This document shows positions 9,601 through 16,262 of a stretch of 20,000 nucleotides of DNA, piece by piece. This DNA is from Dehalococcoidia bacterium (lineage in GTDB: Bacteria > Chloroflexota > Dehalococcoidia > DSTF01 > JACRBR01): NCBI GenBank assembly GCA_041494685.1, contig JBGQBE010000012.1:55031-75030 (forward strand), written 5' to 3'. A model generated the notes under the pieces. The model saw only the letters and a program-made list of their open reading frames with translations, was not told the origin of the DNA and made no database searches. A program made the translations under genes and the position numbers. Numbering within the stretch: the first letter of the stretch is position 1; each line of letters starts with the position of its first letter.

Positions 9601-10544
9601 TTCCACGCGTTCGCCACGATCTGCCGGAACACGTCGCGCGCGCGCTTGCGGCCCGCAACCTTGCGCGTGCGCGGGTTCACCACCTCGTACTCCTCGTCGC
9701 GCTCCACCGCCTCCATGAAGCGCTCCGTCACCGCGACGCTGATGTTGAAGTTCTGCAGCGCCGCCATGTCCGACTTCACGTTGACGAACGTCTCGATGTC
9801 CGGGTGCTCGGCGCTGAGGATCGCCATGTTCGCCCCGCGGCGCGTGCCTCCCTGCTTGATCGACTCCGTCGCCGCGTCGTACACGCGCATGAACGAGACC
9901 GGCCCGCTCGCCACGCCGCCCGTGCTCGCGACGATGTCGCCGGCCGGCCGCAGCCGGCTGAACGCGAAGCCCGTGCCGCCGCCGCTCTGGTGGATCAGCG
10001 CCGTGTTCTTCAGCGTGTCGAAGATCCCCACCATCGAGTCCTCGACCGGCAGCACGAAGCAGGCCGAGAGCTGCCCGATCGGCCGGCCGGCGTTGCCCAG
10101 CGTCGGCGAGTTCGGCAGGAAGCGCAGCGACGAGATCAGCGCGTGGAACTGCTCCTCGTACGCGGCCACGACCGCGCCCGCGCGGTCCGCCGGCACGTAG
10201 GCGGACTCGGCCAGCGCGATGTGGTGCGCGACGCGCCGGAACAGCTGCTCCGGCGTCTCCGCCAGGCGGCCGCGGGCGTCCTTCGCCAGGTAGCGCCGCT
10301 CCAGCACCACGCGCGCGTTGTCCGAGAGCACGGCCGCGCCGGTACGAGCGGCGCGCGCCGGTTTCGGCGTCGCGGTGTGGTTCGGGGCGCTCTTCTTCGT
10401 GGCAGGGGGCGCCGCGGCAGCGCGCTTCGCCGGGGGCGACGCCGGTGCCGCCGCGCGGCGCGAACGGCCGTTGCCGCTCCGTGCGTTGCGCGATCCGGCG
10501 GTGCTGAGCCACGCGGGCGGCTTCGGGCGGGCGTCGTCAGCCAT
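6699..10544 (-). CDS. nrdJ: Class II adenosylcobalamin-dependent ribonucleotide reductase with intein, C-terminal TSCPD domain and Zn ribbon (1281-aa precursor, 907 aa after splicing)
   Basis: Likely start ATG 10544 (MADDARPK). Motifs FLPNSPTL, QLSACFV, GGGTGFAFS, QGGTRRGANMA, NP|CGEQPLLPYESCNLGSINL, RKIGLGVMG, TVAPTGTLS, DNAVSKTIN, KGITVYRDGSR; TSCPD-like ERRSITHKFRVG...GEIFVNISKEGS; terminal CPDCG...CHSCGYTRC. No ATP-cone seen. Confidence 0.95.
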   Translation of the reverse strand: MADDARPKPPAWLSTAGSRNARSGNGRSRRAAAPASPPAKRAAAAPPATKKSAPNHTATPKPARAARTGAAVLSDNARVVLERRYLAKDARGRLAETPEQLFRRVAHHIALAESAYVPADRAGAVVAAYEEQFHALISSLRFLPNSPTLGNAGRPIGQLSACFVLPVEDSMVGIFDTLKNTALIHQSGGGTGFAFSRLRPAGDIVASTGGVASGPVSFMRVYDAATESIKQGGTRRGANMAILSAEHPDIETFVNVKSDMAALQNFNISVAVTERFMEAVERDEEYEVVNPRTRKVAGRKRARDVFRQIVANAWKNGDPGLVFLDRINRDNPTPQLGRIEATNPCVTGATRLATDRGLVRAEDLYATQTPIRVAADARGQHLNARGVALRPAVPVFKTSDAIDVYRVRTRHGYELTATAYHEFITPRGRVALRDLRVGDTLLIQSGEGGFGQQGNRDLGLVLGSLAGDGNFHRTRGVVLSFWGDDADYAEVVCEAANHLIADEPASSNNRDYGAVGLITARSRSRSDVRSVRLMRVVERAGVTAATKLRVPETVWQGTREMVVGYLQALFAADGTVNHTPSKKSCSVRLAQSDETLLREVQLLLANFGIESKLHLRRAAGTRPMPDGRGSTRDYAHRAQYELIVDGESRDIFAREIGFLSPRKQARLLEFIGGKARTSNRSRYETTIASIEHAGREAAYDTTEPVTHTITAGGIVTAQCGEQPLLPYESCNLGSINLARFARAADNAAPPKNGRRTRRAPAAAPVFDWDALAAAIPACVRFLDDVIDQNRYPIDEIEAMTKRTRKIGLGVMGWADLLFQLRIKYDSDEAAEMAGRLMAFVQEHADRASEALALERGVFPAWHGSIYDPASGDPRSGPRYRNATRTTVAPTGTLSIIADCSGGIEPAFALAFMRQHYLDRKDPSKATRLPEVNATFLAIARQEGFYSDELISYLAEGGALAERDDVPDWAKRVFVTSHDIDPEWHVRMQAAFQRHTDNAVSKTINFRAAATPDDVERAYLLAYREGCKGITVYRDGSRDQQVLSHATARGPEQAEAAAAQVALGIAELLPEGAHPAPESSTEPRPAGHPYRRHLPDERRSITHKFRVGEQEGYITVGLYEEGAPGEIFVNISKEGSTIRGLMDSVAMLTSVALQYGVPLENLVAKFRGVHFEPAGLTGNPRIPSATSLVDYIFRWLELRFLAPPATAHDAAPAAPSRASRKRAKEIAEPAPPAAADPAHSPAGARPSTFGAQSTGIGCPDCGAVLVFAEGCYVCHSCGYTRC
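8391..9512 (-). mobile_element. Intein (374 aa) with LAGLIDADG homing endonuclease, inserted in the NP|CGEQ active-site loop of NrdJ
   Basis: Splits conserved IEATNP|CGEQP. Block A CVTGATRLATDRG; block B LTATAYHEF; LAGLIDADG helices LVLGSLAGDG and YLQALFAADGTV; block F/G AYDTTEPVTHTITAGGIVTAQ followed by +1 Cys. Confidence 0.95.
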
Positions 10545-10551
10545 GACACAC

Positions 10552-10573
10552 AGTATACCAGAACGTCTGTGCG
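10552..10573 (-). promoter_or_regulatory. Extended -10 (TGgTATACT) 7 nt before the nrdJ ATG, abutting a LexA-box-like site
   Basis: Minus strand TGG-TATACT-gtgtgtc-ATG. Plus strand AGAAC-gtct-GTGCG at 10560-10573 matches AGAAC-N4-GTTCT at 8/10. Confidence 0.55.
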
Positions 10574-10635
10574 AATGTCCCGCCATCGGCGGGGATCTGT
10601 GCCCGGAAGATTGAGGCCGTCCGCCGCGTAACAAC

Positions 10636-10704
10636 CTTGACGCCGCCTCGTTCTGATTCTTGACAACGAAAAACAACGCTGCGACTTCCTGAGCCGGCGT
10701 CAAG
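10636..10704. repeat. 14-bp inverted repeat (13/14) flanking a 41-bp A-rich spacer
   Basis: CTTGACGCCGcCTC (10636-10649) and GAGcCGGCGTCAAG (10691-10704); the spacer contains TTGACA at 10660-10665. Confidence 0.7.
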
Positions 10705-10722
10705 TATTGGAGCAGGGACCTG

Positions 10723-12090
10723 ATGAGACGACACCTCGCCAAAGGACAGAAGGGACGCACCTTCGCCGGCATGAGCATCACGCTCGGCGCGATCATCGCG
10801 GTTGCGGTGGCCGCGCTCGCCGCGAACGGCGGCGCGGCGTCCGCGCACAAAGAGACGTCGCCCACGAGCACTCCGACGGCGACGTCGGGATCGATCTCGA
10901 TCGATGCGGACTGTAACGCCTCCGGCGGTGTCGTCGGCACGATGTCGGGCATCGCCGGCCCGTTTCCTCGCACGTTCGACATCTACGTCACCGACCACAA
11001 GCCGGGTGAAGGTACGTACGTCGAGATCCCCGGCAGCCGCGTGACCGTGACCGCGAACTCATCCTCCATCTCGTTCGGCCCGCTGAACGTCTCGAACATG
11101 CGGTCCGGTGTGAACACCATCCGCGTCGAGCAGACGCTCTCGACCGCCAAGTCGACTAGCTTTGAGCCCTGCTCCATCCCGACGCCGACCGCCACGAGCA
11201 CCGCGACGAACACGCCGACGGCGACGAACACGCCGCAGCCCACCGCGACAAATACGCCGGAGCCGACGGCGACGAACACGCCGGTGCCCACCGCGACGAA
11301 CACGCCGCAGCCGACCGCCACGAACACGCTGGTGCCGACCGACACGCCGGAGCCGACGGCGACGAATACGCCGGAGCCGACGGCCACGAACTCGCCGGAG
11401 CCGACCGCCACGAACACGCCGGAGCCGACGGCGACGAACACGCCAGAGCCGACGAGTACGCCGCAGTGCGCGGAGCGCAGCATCGACGTGGGCGACGGCC
11501 AGCAGATCTGCGCGACGTTCACGCCGGAGCCCACCGACACACCCGAGCCGACCGCCACGAACACGCCGGACCCGACGAGCACGCCGCAGTGCGCGGAAGG
11601 CAGCATGGACGTGGGCGATGGCCAGCAGTTCTGCGCGACGTTCACCCCTGTGGCGACCGACACGCCGGAGCCGACGGCGACGAACACACCCGAGCCGACC
11701 GCCACGAACACGCCGGACCCGACGAGCACGCCGCAGTGCGCGGCAGGCAGCGTCGACCTCGGCGGCCAGGAAGAGCAGATCTGCGCGACGTTCACGCCGG
11801 CGCCCACCGACACGCCGGAGCCGAGGAACTCCACCGCGGCGACGTCGACCGCCACGCCGCCCGCGACGAAGACCGTCGTCGCGCCGACCGCGACGGTGAC
11901 GCTCGGCGGCGCCGTCGAAGGCGTCGTGACCCAGCCGCGCAATCCCGCCTCGAACGTCTCAGGTCTGCCGAACACCGGCGCCGGCCACGAGACCGGTACG
12001 GGGACGTGGATGCTGGTCGCGCTCATCTTCCTCGGCGGCATCGCGGCGCTGGGCGGCCTGGCCCTGACGTTCCGCCATGACGACGAGTAA
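10723..12090 (+). CDS. Secreted Thr/Pro-rich (mucin-like) surface protein with LPNTG motif and C-terminal transmembrane helix (455 aa)
   Basis: Basic N-region and hydrophobic signal ([23 protein letters not shown]); small beta-rich domain with two Cys; (EPTATNTP)n repeats; three Cys-pair modules; GLPNTG followed by [22 protein letters not shown]. Confidence 0.85.
   Translation: MRRHLAKGQKGRTFAGMSITLGAIIAVAVAALAANGGAASAHKETSPTSTPTATSGSISIDADCNASGGVVGTMSGIAGPFPRTFDIYVTDHKPGEGTYVEIPGSRVTVTANSSSISFGPLNVSNMRSGVNTIRVEQTLSTAKSTSFEPCSIPTPTATSTATNTPTATNTPQPTATNTPEPTATNTPVPTATNTPQPTATNTLVPTDTPEPTATNTPEPTATNSPEPTATNTPEPTATNTPEPTSTPQCAERSIDVGDGQQICATFTPEPTDTPEPTATNTPDPTSTPQCAEGSMDVGDGQQFCATFTPVATDTPEPTATNTPEPTATNTPDPTSTPQCAAGSVDLGGQEEQICATFTPAPTDTPEPRNSTAATSTATPPATKTVVAPTATVTLGGAVEGVVTQPRNPASNVSGLPNTGAGHETGTGTWMLVALIFLGGIAALGGLALTFRHDDE
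11179..11823 (+). repeat. Coding tandem repeats: 24-bp (E/Q/V)PTATNTP units plus three PQC-x13/14-CATFTP modules
   Basis: Repeated ccggagccgac(g/c)gc(g/c)acgaacacg units. First Cys codons of the modules at 11467, 11590 and 11737. Confidence 0.9.
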
Positions 12091-12109
12091 TCCCGGCTCC
12101 TCCTCACGG

Positions 12110-12178
12110 CGGCGCGCGAAGGAGTCGCGCGCCGGCCGGCCGAATGACGAAGCCGCCGCTGCTGACACGGCGGCTTCG
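12110..12178. terminator. Two tandem GC-rich hairpins downstream of the surface-protein gene (putative terminator or stabiliser, no U-tract)
   Basis: CGGCGCGCGA-aggag-TCGCGCGCCG (12110-12134, 10-bp stem) and CGAAGCCGCCG-N9-CGGCGGCTTCG (12148-12178, 11-bp stem). Confidence 0.6.
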
Positions 12179-12269
12179 CCGCGTCCGCCGTTCTCCCGGG
12201 CGTGACTCTAAGCGCGAGATCGATCAGGATCACGGCACATCGACACGCATTCAGTGGGAAGGGTTACGC

Positions 12270-12572
12270 ATGCTTTCCGTCATCGCGAAGCTGACCGTGC
12301 AAGAGGGCAAGGAAGAGGAGTTCAAGGCGGCGGGCGCCGAGATGGTAGCCGCCGTGAAGGCCAACGAAGCCGGCCGCACGCTCCAGTACACGCTGGCGCA
12401 AAACCCCAAGGCTCCGGCGGAGTTCTTCTTCCTCGAGACCTACGCCGACGCCGACGCGTCCGCCGAGCACACCAAGACGCCGCACATGGCCGCGTTCGGT
12501 GCGAAGATCGGCGCGCTGCTCGCCGGCCGCCCGGAGATCACGCGCCTCGACACCGTCGCCACCGTCGACTAG
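12270..12572 (+). CDS. Antibiotic biosynthesis monooxygenase (ABM)/YgiN-like putative quinol monooxygenase (100 aa)
   Basis: ATG 12270 after GGGAAGGG. MLSVIAKLTVQEGKEEEF...NEAGRTLQY...FFFLETYAD.DA..EH.KTPH fits the ABM ferredoxin-like pattern. Confidence 0.85.
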   Translation: MLSVIAKLTVQEGKEEEFKAAGAEMVAAVKANEAGRTLQYTLAQNPKAPAEFFFLETYADADASAEHTKTPHMAAFGAKIGALLAGRPEITRLDTVATVD

Positions 12573-12581
12573 CAGCGGGGG

Positions 12582-13616
12582 ATGGGCGTGGCAGACGACG
12601 AACTTGCGCCGAAGCTCGAGGCGTTCATCGCCCGCGAGAGTGGCGCGCGCGACGTGCGCGTGTCCGGCCTCCGCCGCCTCACCGGCGGCGCGTCGCGTGA
12701 GACCTGGTCGCTCGACGCCGCGCTGACGCACGCGGACGGCCGTGCCGAAACGCTGCCGTTGATCCTGCAACGCGACGTCCGCGGCGCGCCGAAGACGCTC
12801 TCGCGCGCCGACGAGTGCCGCCTCATGCGCACGGCGTTCGACGCGGGCGTGCCCGCGCCGGAGCCGCTCTTCATGGGCGATGACTCGCTCGGCGGCGAGT
12901 TCTTTCTCGTCCGCCGCATCGACGGCGAGACGCTGCCACGCCGCCTGCTGCGCGAGGACGACTACGCCGACGCGCGGCGCGCCATGCCCGCGCAGCTCGG
13001 CCGCGCCCTCGCCGCCATCCACGCCATCCCGCTCGATACGCCCGGCATCGCCGGCGTGCCCGCGCTGCCCGCAGGCGTCGTGCCGGCGGCGTACGAGGTG
13101 CAGCGCTACGAGCAGATCTTCCGCATGATCGCCCCGGAGCCCCACGCCGCGTTCGAGCTGGCCTTTCGCTTCCTGAACCGGCACGACATCGTCCGTGGCG
13201 CTCGTGCCGGTGCGGCGCGCCGCTGCCTCACCCACGGCGACTATCGCATCGGCAACATGCTCTTCGGGCCCGAAGGTCTGCGCGTCGTGCTCGACTGGGA
13301 GCTCGCGCACGTTGGCGATCCGATGGAGGACATGGGCTTCATCTGCGTGCGCTCCTGGCGCTTCGGCGGGCCGAAGCCCGTCGGCGGCATCGGCGACCGC
13401 GAAGAGTTCTTCGTCGCGTACGAGGCCGCGGGCGGCGGCAAGGTGGACCCGGAGCGCGTGCGCTTCTGGGAGGTGTTCGGCAACCTGCGCTGGGGCATCA
13501 TCTGCCTGAGCCAGGCGCGCACCTACCTCGACGGCCACTCCAACAGCGTCGAGCTGGCGGCGATCGGCCGCCGCACCGCCGAGACCGAGTGGGAGCTGCT
13601 CTCGCTGGTGGGTTAA
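12582..13616 (+). CDS. APH-family phosphotransferase (ACAD10/11 N-terminal kinase-like, LvaA-like; 344 aa)
   Basis: RRLTGGASRETW; GVPAPEP; Brenner motif LTHGDYRIGNMLF; VLDWELAHVGDPMED; C-terminal SVELAAIGRRTAETEWELL. Confidence 0.9.
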   Translation: MGVADDELAPKLEAFIARESGARDVRVSGLRRLTGGASRETWSLDAALTHADGRAETLPLILQRDVRGAPKTLSRADECRLMRTAFDAGVPAPEPLFMGDDSLGGEFFLVRRIDGETLPRRLLREDDYADARRAMPAQLGRALAAIHAIPLDTPGIAGVPALPAGVVPAAYEVQRYEQIFRMIAPEPHAAFELAFRFLNRHDIVRGARAGAARRCLTHGDYRIGNMLFGPEGLRVVLDWELAHVGDPMEDMGFICVRSWRFGGPKPVGGIGDREEFFVAYEAAGGGKVDPERVRFWEVFGNLRWGIICLSQARTYLDGHSNSVELAAIGRRTAETEWELLSLVG

Positions 13617-13667
13617 GGACTGGTGACTGGTTGAGCGCACGGCCCGCCAGTCACCAATCACCAGTTA
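13617..13667. repeat. Inverted heptamer array forming a hairpin between the kinase and DUF6285 genes
   Basis: GGACTGG TGACTGG (13617-13630) and CCAGTCA CCAATCA CCAGTTA (13647-13667). 13621-13630 pairs perfectly with 13647-13656. Confidence 0.7.
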
Positions 13668-13681
13668 CAAGGAGACTACGC

Positions 13682-14077
13682 GTGCACGACCGTCCGACCG
13701 TCGATGAACTGCTGCGCGGCGTGGAGCTGCTGCTGGACGAGCAGCTCGTGCCCTCGCTCGATGGCGCGCGCAAGTACAACGCCCGCGTGGCCGCCAACGT
13801 CATCCGCATCGTCCGCCGCGAGCTGCAGCTCGCCGAGTCGCAGCTTGCCGCCGAGTGGCGCGGCCTGGACCTGCTGCTGGGCCCGCAGCCGCGTCCCGAG
13901 ACCACGGCGGCGACCGTGCAGGCGCTGCGCACGCGCAACGAAGAGCTGTCCGAGCGCATCCGCGCCGGCGACGCCGACGAAGGCCGCTTCCGCGACCTCG
14001 TCTTCGCCCACGTGCGCGACACGGTCCACTCCAAGCTCGAAGTCAGCGACCCCGGCTGGCTGGTGGACGCGAACTGA
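13682..14077 (+). CDS. DUF6285-like small helical protein (LvaB-like kinase partner; 131 aa)
   Basis: GTG 13682 after AAGGAG. MHDRPTVDELL..V...L...LVP.L.G...YNARVAANVIRIVRREL...N..LSERIRAG...KLEVSDPGW, a pattern typical of genes following APH kinases. Confidence 0.75.
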   Translation: MHDRPTVDELLRGVELLLDEQLVPSLDGARKYNARVAANVIRIVRRELQLAESQLAAEWRGLDLLLGPQPRPETTAATVQALRTRNEELSERIRAGDADEGRFRDLVFAHVRDTVHSKLEVSDPGWLVDAN

Positions 14078-14086
14078 CCGCCAGCG

Positions 14087-14785
14087 TTATCCGAAGTGCG
14101 CGCGCTGGCGTGCAAGGATATTCGTGACCTGGAGCCAGCAAGCGGGCGGCTGGTCATCGCTCGGGGCGTACGCCCGCGTCAGGCCGATGCGGATCAGCAG
14201 GTGGTTTCCGTCGAAGTCGCCGCGCAGGTGATCAAAGTAGTTCGTGGCGCAGGCCGCACAACGCTGTCCGTGTAGCCTCGCCTGAAGATCCTGGAACGGG
14301 ACGCCCTGCCAGTACCCGTCGCCCTCATCGCGGAACGCGCCGCGGATGCCCGTCTGCGTGACCCTCAGGCGGACGTAGTGCACGCGTACGGTCGCCAGCG
14401 ATCGCTCGCCCGTGCCCGCGGTCCATGCGTGGTTGCCGTTACGCGACGACAGTGCCGGCACACCGAACGCTTCTTCGACAGACTGGAGCGCCGTGTCACG
14501 CACGAGTTCCGCGAGTTCGAGCGGCTCCAAACGGCGCAACTTCTTCACCGTCGCCGGGATCCAGCCCGCGTCTTCGACGTGCGGCCGCTCCGGCGAGGCG
14601 ACCCGATCGCAGTCCACGCTGATGACATCGCCGGGCACGAATCCCCCGAGCAGGTCGAGCAGATTGCGTGTGGGTTGCGGATGGTTCAGGCGCAGCGTCT
14701 GCCGCGAATCGAGGTCGAGCCCGGCGACGCAGACCGCGTCGTTCGACATGGCCGTCACGTCCAGCAGGGCAAGCTGGCGGATCAA
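14087..14785 (-). CDS. Dual-OB-fold domain protein (232 aa)
   Basis: TTG start at 14785 overlaps the upstream stop (TTGA). MIRQLALLDVTAMSNDAVCVAGLDL...LRL...GDVISVD...PHVED...GERSLATV...RGAFRD...IRIGLTRAY...CWLQVTNI resembles the CVAG...P+.Ed...SL...SLt..f pattern of dual-OB proteins found next to DUF488 genes. Confidence 0.6.
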   Translation of the reverse strand: MIRQLALLDVTAMSNDAVCVAGLDLDSRQTLRLNHPQPTRNLLDLLGGFVPGDVISVDCDRVASPERPHVEDAGWIPATVKKLRRLEPLELAELVRDTALQSVEEAFGVPALSSRNGNHAWTAGTGERSLATVRVHYVRLRVTQTGIRGAFRDEGDGYWQGVPFQDLQARLHGQRCAACATNYFDHLRGDFDGNHLLIRIGLTRAYAPSDDQPPACWLQVTNILARQRAHFG

Positions 14786-15282
14786 AGGAGCACTTCCTGG
14801 ACGCCCACCTCCGCGGGGACGGTCCTGGTGACGGCGAGATGCACGATCTCGGTGTCGGGCACCAGGCTCGCCGCGTCCAGCGCGACCGCTTTGCGGTGGC
14901 ATTCGCCCGGGTCGGCTTCGCTGCACATGATGCAGACGGCCGTGCCGCCGCCGGCGCGCATCAGCTTCGTCAACTCGTCCAGTCCGTCCTGCCACGCCTC
15001 GGTCGCCCGCAGGTGCGCGACGATGATCGGATCCAGGTGCCCCTGCCGCCAGCGCGCCTGCATGCGCGGATCCTGCGGCACCCCGCCGAGGCGATCCCCC
15101 AGGAAGCGGTAGCGGATCGCGGCGGCCTCGACGGCTGTCTGGAGCTGGTACTGGTCGAAATGGGGGATCCGGCTCCGCGGCTTGCTGCGCACGTCGGCCA
15201 GCACCTCGACGCCATGCGCGCGCAGCACATCCACGAACTCCTCCAGGCCGGCGATGCTGTGTCCGATCGTGTACAGCTTCAC
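14782..15282 (-). CDS. DUF488-family protein, TIGHS-type (166 aa)
   Basis: GTG 15282 with GGAGG RBS and GTGA overlap with the upstream gene. KLYTIGHS...LADVRSKPRSR.PHF...YRFLGDRLGG...IMCSEADPGECHR. Confidence 0.9.
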   Translation of the reverse strand: MKLYTIGHSIAGLEEFVDVLRAHGVEVLADVRSKPRSRIPHFDQYQLQTAVEAAAIRYRFLGDRLGGVPQDPRMQARWRQGHLDPIIVAHLRATEAWQDGLDELTKLMRAGGGTAVCIMCSEADPGECHRKAVALDAASLVPDTEIVHLAVTRTVPAEVGVQEVLL

Positions 15283-15641
15283 GCGGTGACCTCCAGTTCG
15301 CGGCTGATCAACTCGCGCAGCAGGCGGCGGTGGCAGATGGCCTCGTCCTTGCACATGCACATCACCGTTACCGTCTCCGCGCGCGCCAATTCGGCCAGCC
15401 GGCGGATCTCTTCGCGGCGGTCGTCCGCCGCCATCTCGGCGAGGTACCCCGCCTCGTAGGCCGGCCAGTCGATCGCCCCGTCCTTGTACGCCCGGAGCAG
15501 ATCGCGCGACGGCCCGAGGATACGCGTGTACGTGCCCGCGCGCTCGCGCGAGATGCCGCGCGGCCAGTAGTTGGTCGTCAGCACGCGCACGCCATCCGCG
15601 GGCGACGCCTCTTCGTAGATGCTCTTGCTCTGGACGGGCAT
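15279..15641 (-). CDS. DUF488-family protein, YeaO-like subgroup retaining the C..CHR motif (120 aa)
   Basis: ATG 15641. KSIYEEASPADGVRVLTTNYWPRGISRE...GPSRDLL...WPAYEAGYLAEM...VTVMCMCKDEAICHRRLL. Confidence 0.85.
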   Translation of the reverse strand: MPVQSKSIYEEASPADGVRVLTTNYWPRGISRERAGTYTRILGPSRDLLRAYKDGAIDWPAYEAGYLAEMAADDRREEIRRLAELARAETVTVMCMCKDEAICHRRLLRELISRELEVTA

Positions 15642-15648
15642 CAGGGAC

Positions 15649-15677
15649 ACGATACCACGGCTCAGAACCTATTTTCT
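15649..15677 (-). promoter_or_regulatory. Extended -10 leaderless-type promoter with overlapping putative LexA (SOS) box
   Basis: Minus strand TGG-TATCGT-gtccctg-ATG. AGAAC-ctat-TTTCT at 15664-15677 matches AGAAC-N4-GTTCT at 9/10 and covers the spacer/-35 position. Confidence 0.6.
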
Positions 15678-15725
15678 ACAGTTTACGAGGCAGATTTCCG
15701 ACGCGCCGACTCCCTCCGCGACCTG

Positions 15726-16262
15726 CTACCGCCGTTCCAGCTTGAACGGCTGCCCGTCCACGAAGAAGCGGCGCGGCACGGCGTTGCCGAAGCGGTCCAC
15801 CTTCACCTCGACGGCGACGACGTGTCCGCTGCCCGTGGGCAGCTGGCCGGCGCTCCCCTCCGGGATGAACACCTGCTCGATGCTGTAGTGGACGTCGATC
15901 TTGCTGCCGGGGTAGCCGCCGTCCTGCACGTTGCCCTTGATGATCACCGTGCCCGGGTACAAGTGCGACTGGTCGTTGTGGATCGCGACCGCGCTCCAGT
16001 AGCCGTCGTCGCCGCGCCGCAACTCGACGTAGACGTCGCCGTACGGATACTCGTCGCCCGTCACCGTGCTGCGGTCGATCGATGAGATCTCGTAGCGCAG
16101 CGCGACGTAGTCGCCGCGCGCCAGGTCGCGCGGGTCGACGGGCGCGGTGCGCAGCAAGATCGTCGTGCCGGTCCAGATCGTGTACTGCTTGAAGCCGATC
16201 ACCGATAGCAGGATGGCGAACTGAATCGCCACCACGATCAGCAGCTTGCGTGACGCCTTCAT
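15726..16262 (-). CDS. GDYXXLXY-domain membrane-anchored protein (178 aa)
   Basis: ATG 16262 in ATGA overlap with the DUF2157 stop. N-terminal TM helix; GTTILLRTAPVDPRDLARGDYVALRY; YSIEQVFIPEG. Confidence 0.9.
   Translation of the reverse strand: MKASRKLLIVVAIQFAILLSVIGFKQYTIWTGTTILLRTAPVDPRDLARGDYVALRYEISSIDRSTVTGDEYPYGDVYVELRRGDDGYWSAVAIHNDQSHLYPGTVIIKGNVQDGGYPGSKIDVHYSIEQVFIPEGSAGQLPTGSGHVVAVEVKVDRFGNAVPRRFFVDGQPFKLERR

Noticed and set aside
10545..10722. Cobalamin riboswitch or NrdR boxes upstream of nrdJ
   Set aside because: No B12-box or tandem NrdR consensus is recognisable, and a leaderless transcript would leave no room for a riboswitch.
10545..10982. N-terminal extension of the 1427-aa nrdJ ORF from 10982
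   Set aside because: It overlaps the divergent surface-protein gene and the intergenic regulatory DNA, has no RNR similarity, and an extended -10 supports the start at 10544.
11179..11823. Possible CRISPR array or non-coding repeat array
   Set aside because: Units are in-frame multiples of 3 with synonymous variation, there are no unique spacers, and no cas genes are present.
10983..12233. 416-aa antisense ORF with GVFVAVGS repeats
   Set aside because: It is the mirror translation of the PTATNT repeats, an expected artefact in high-GC DNA.
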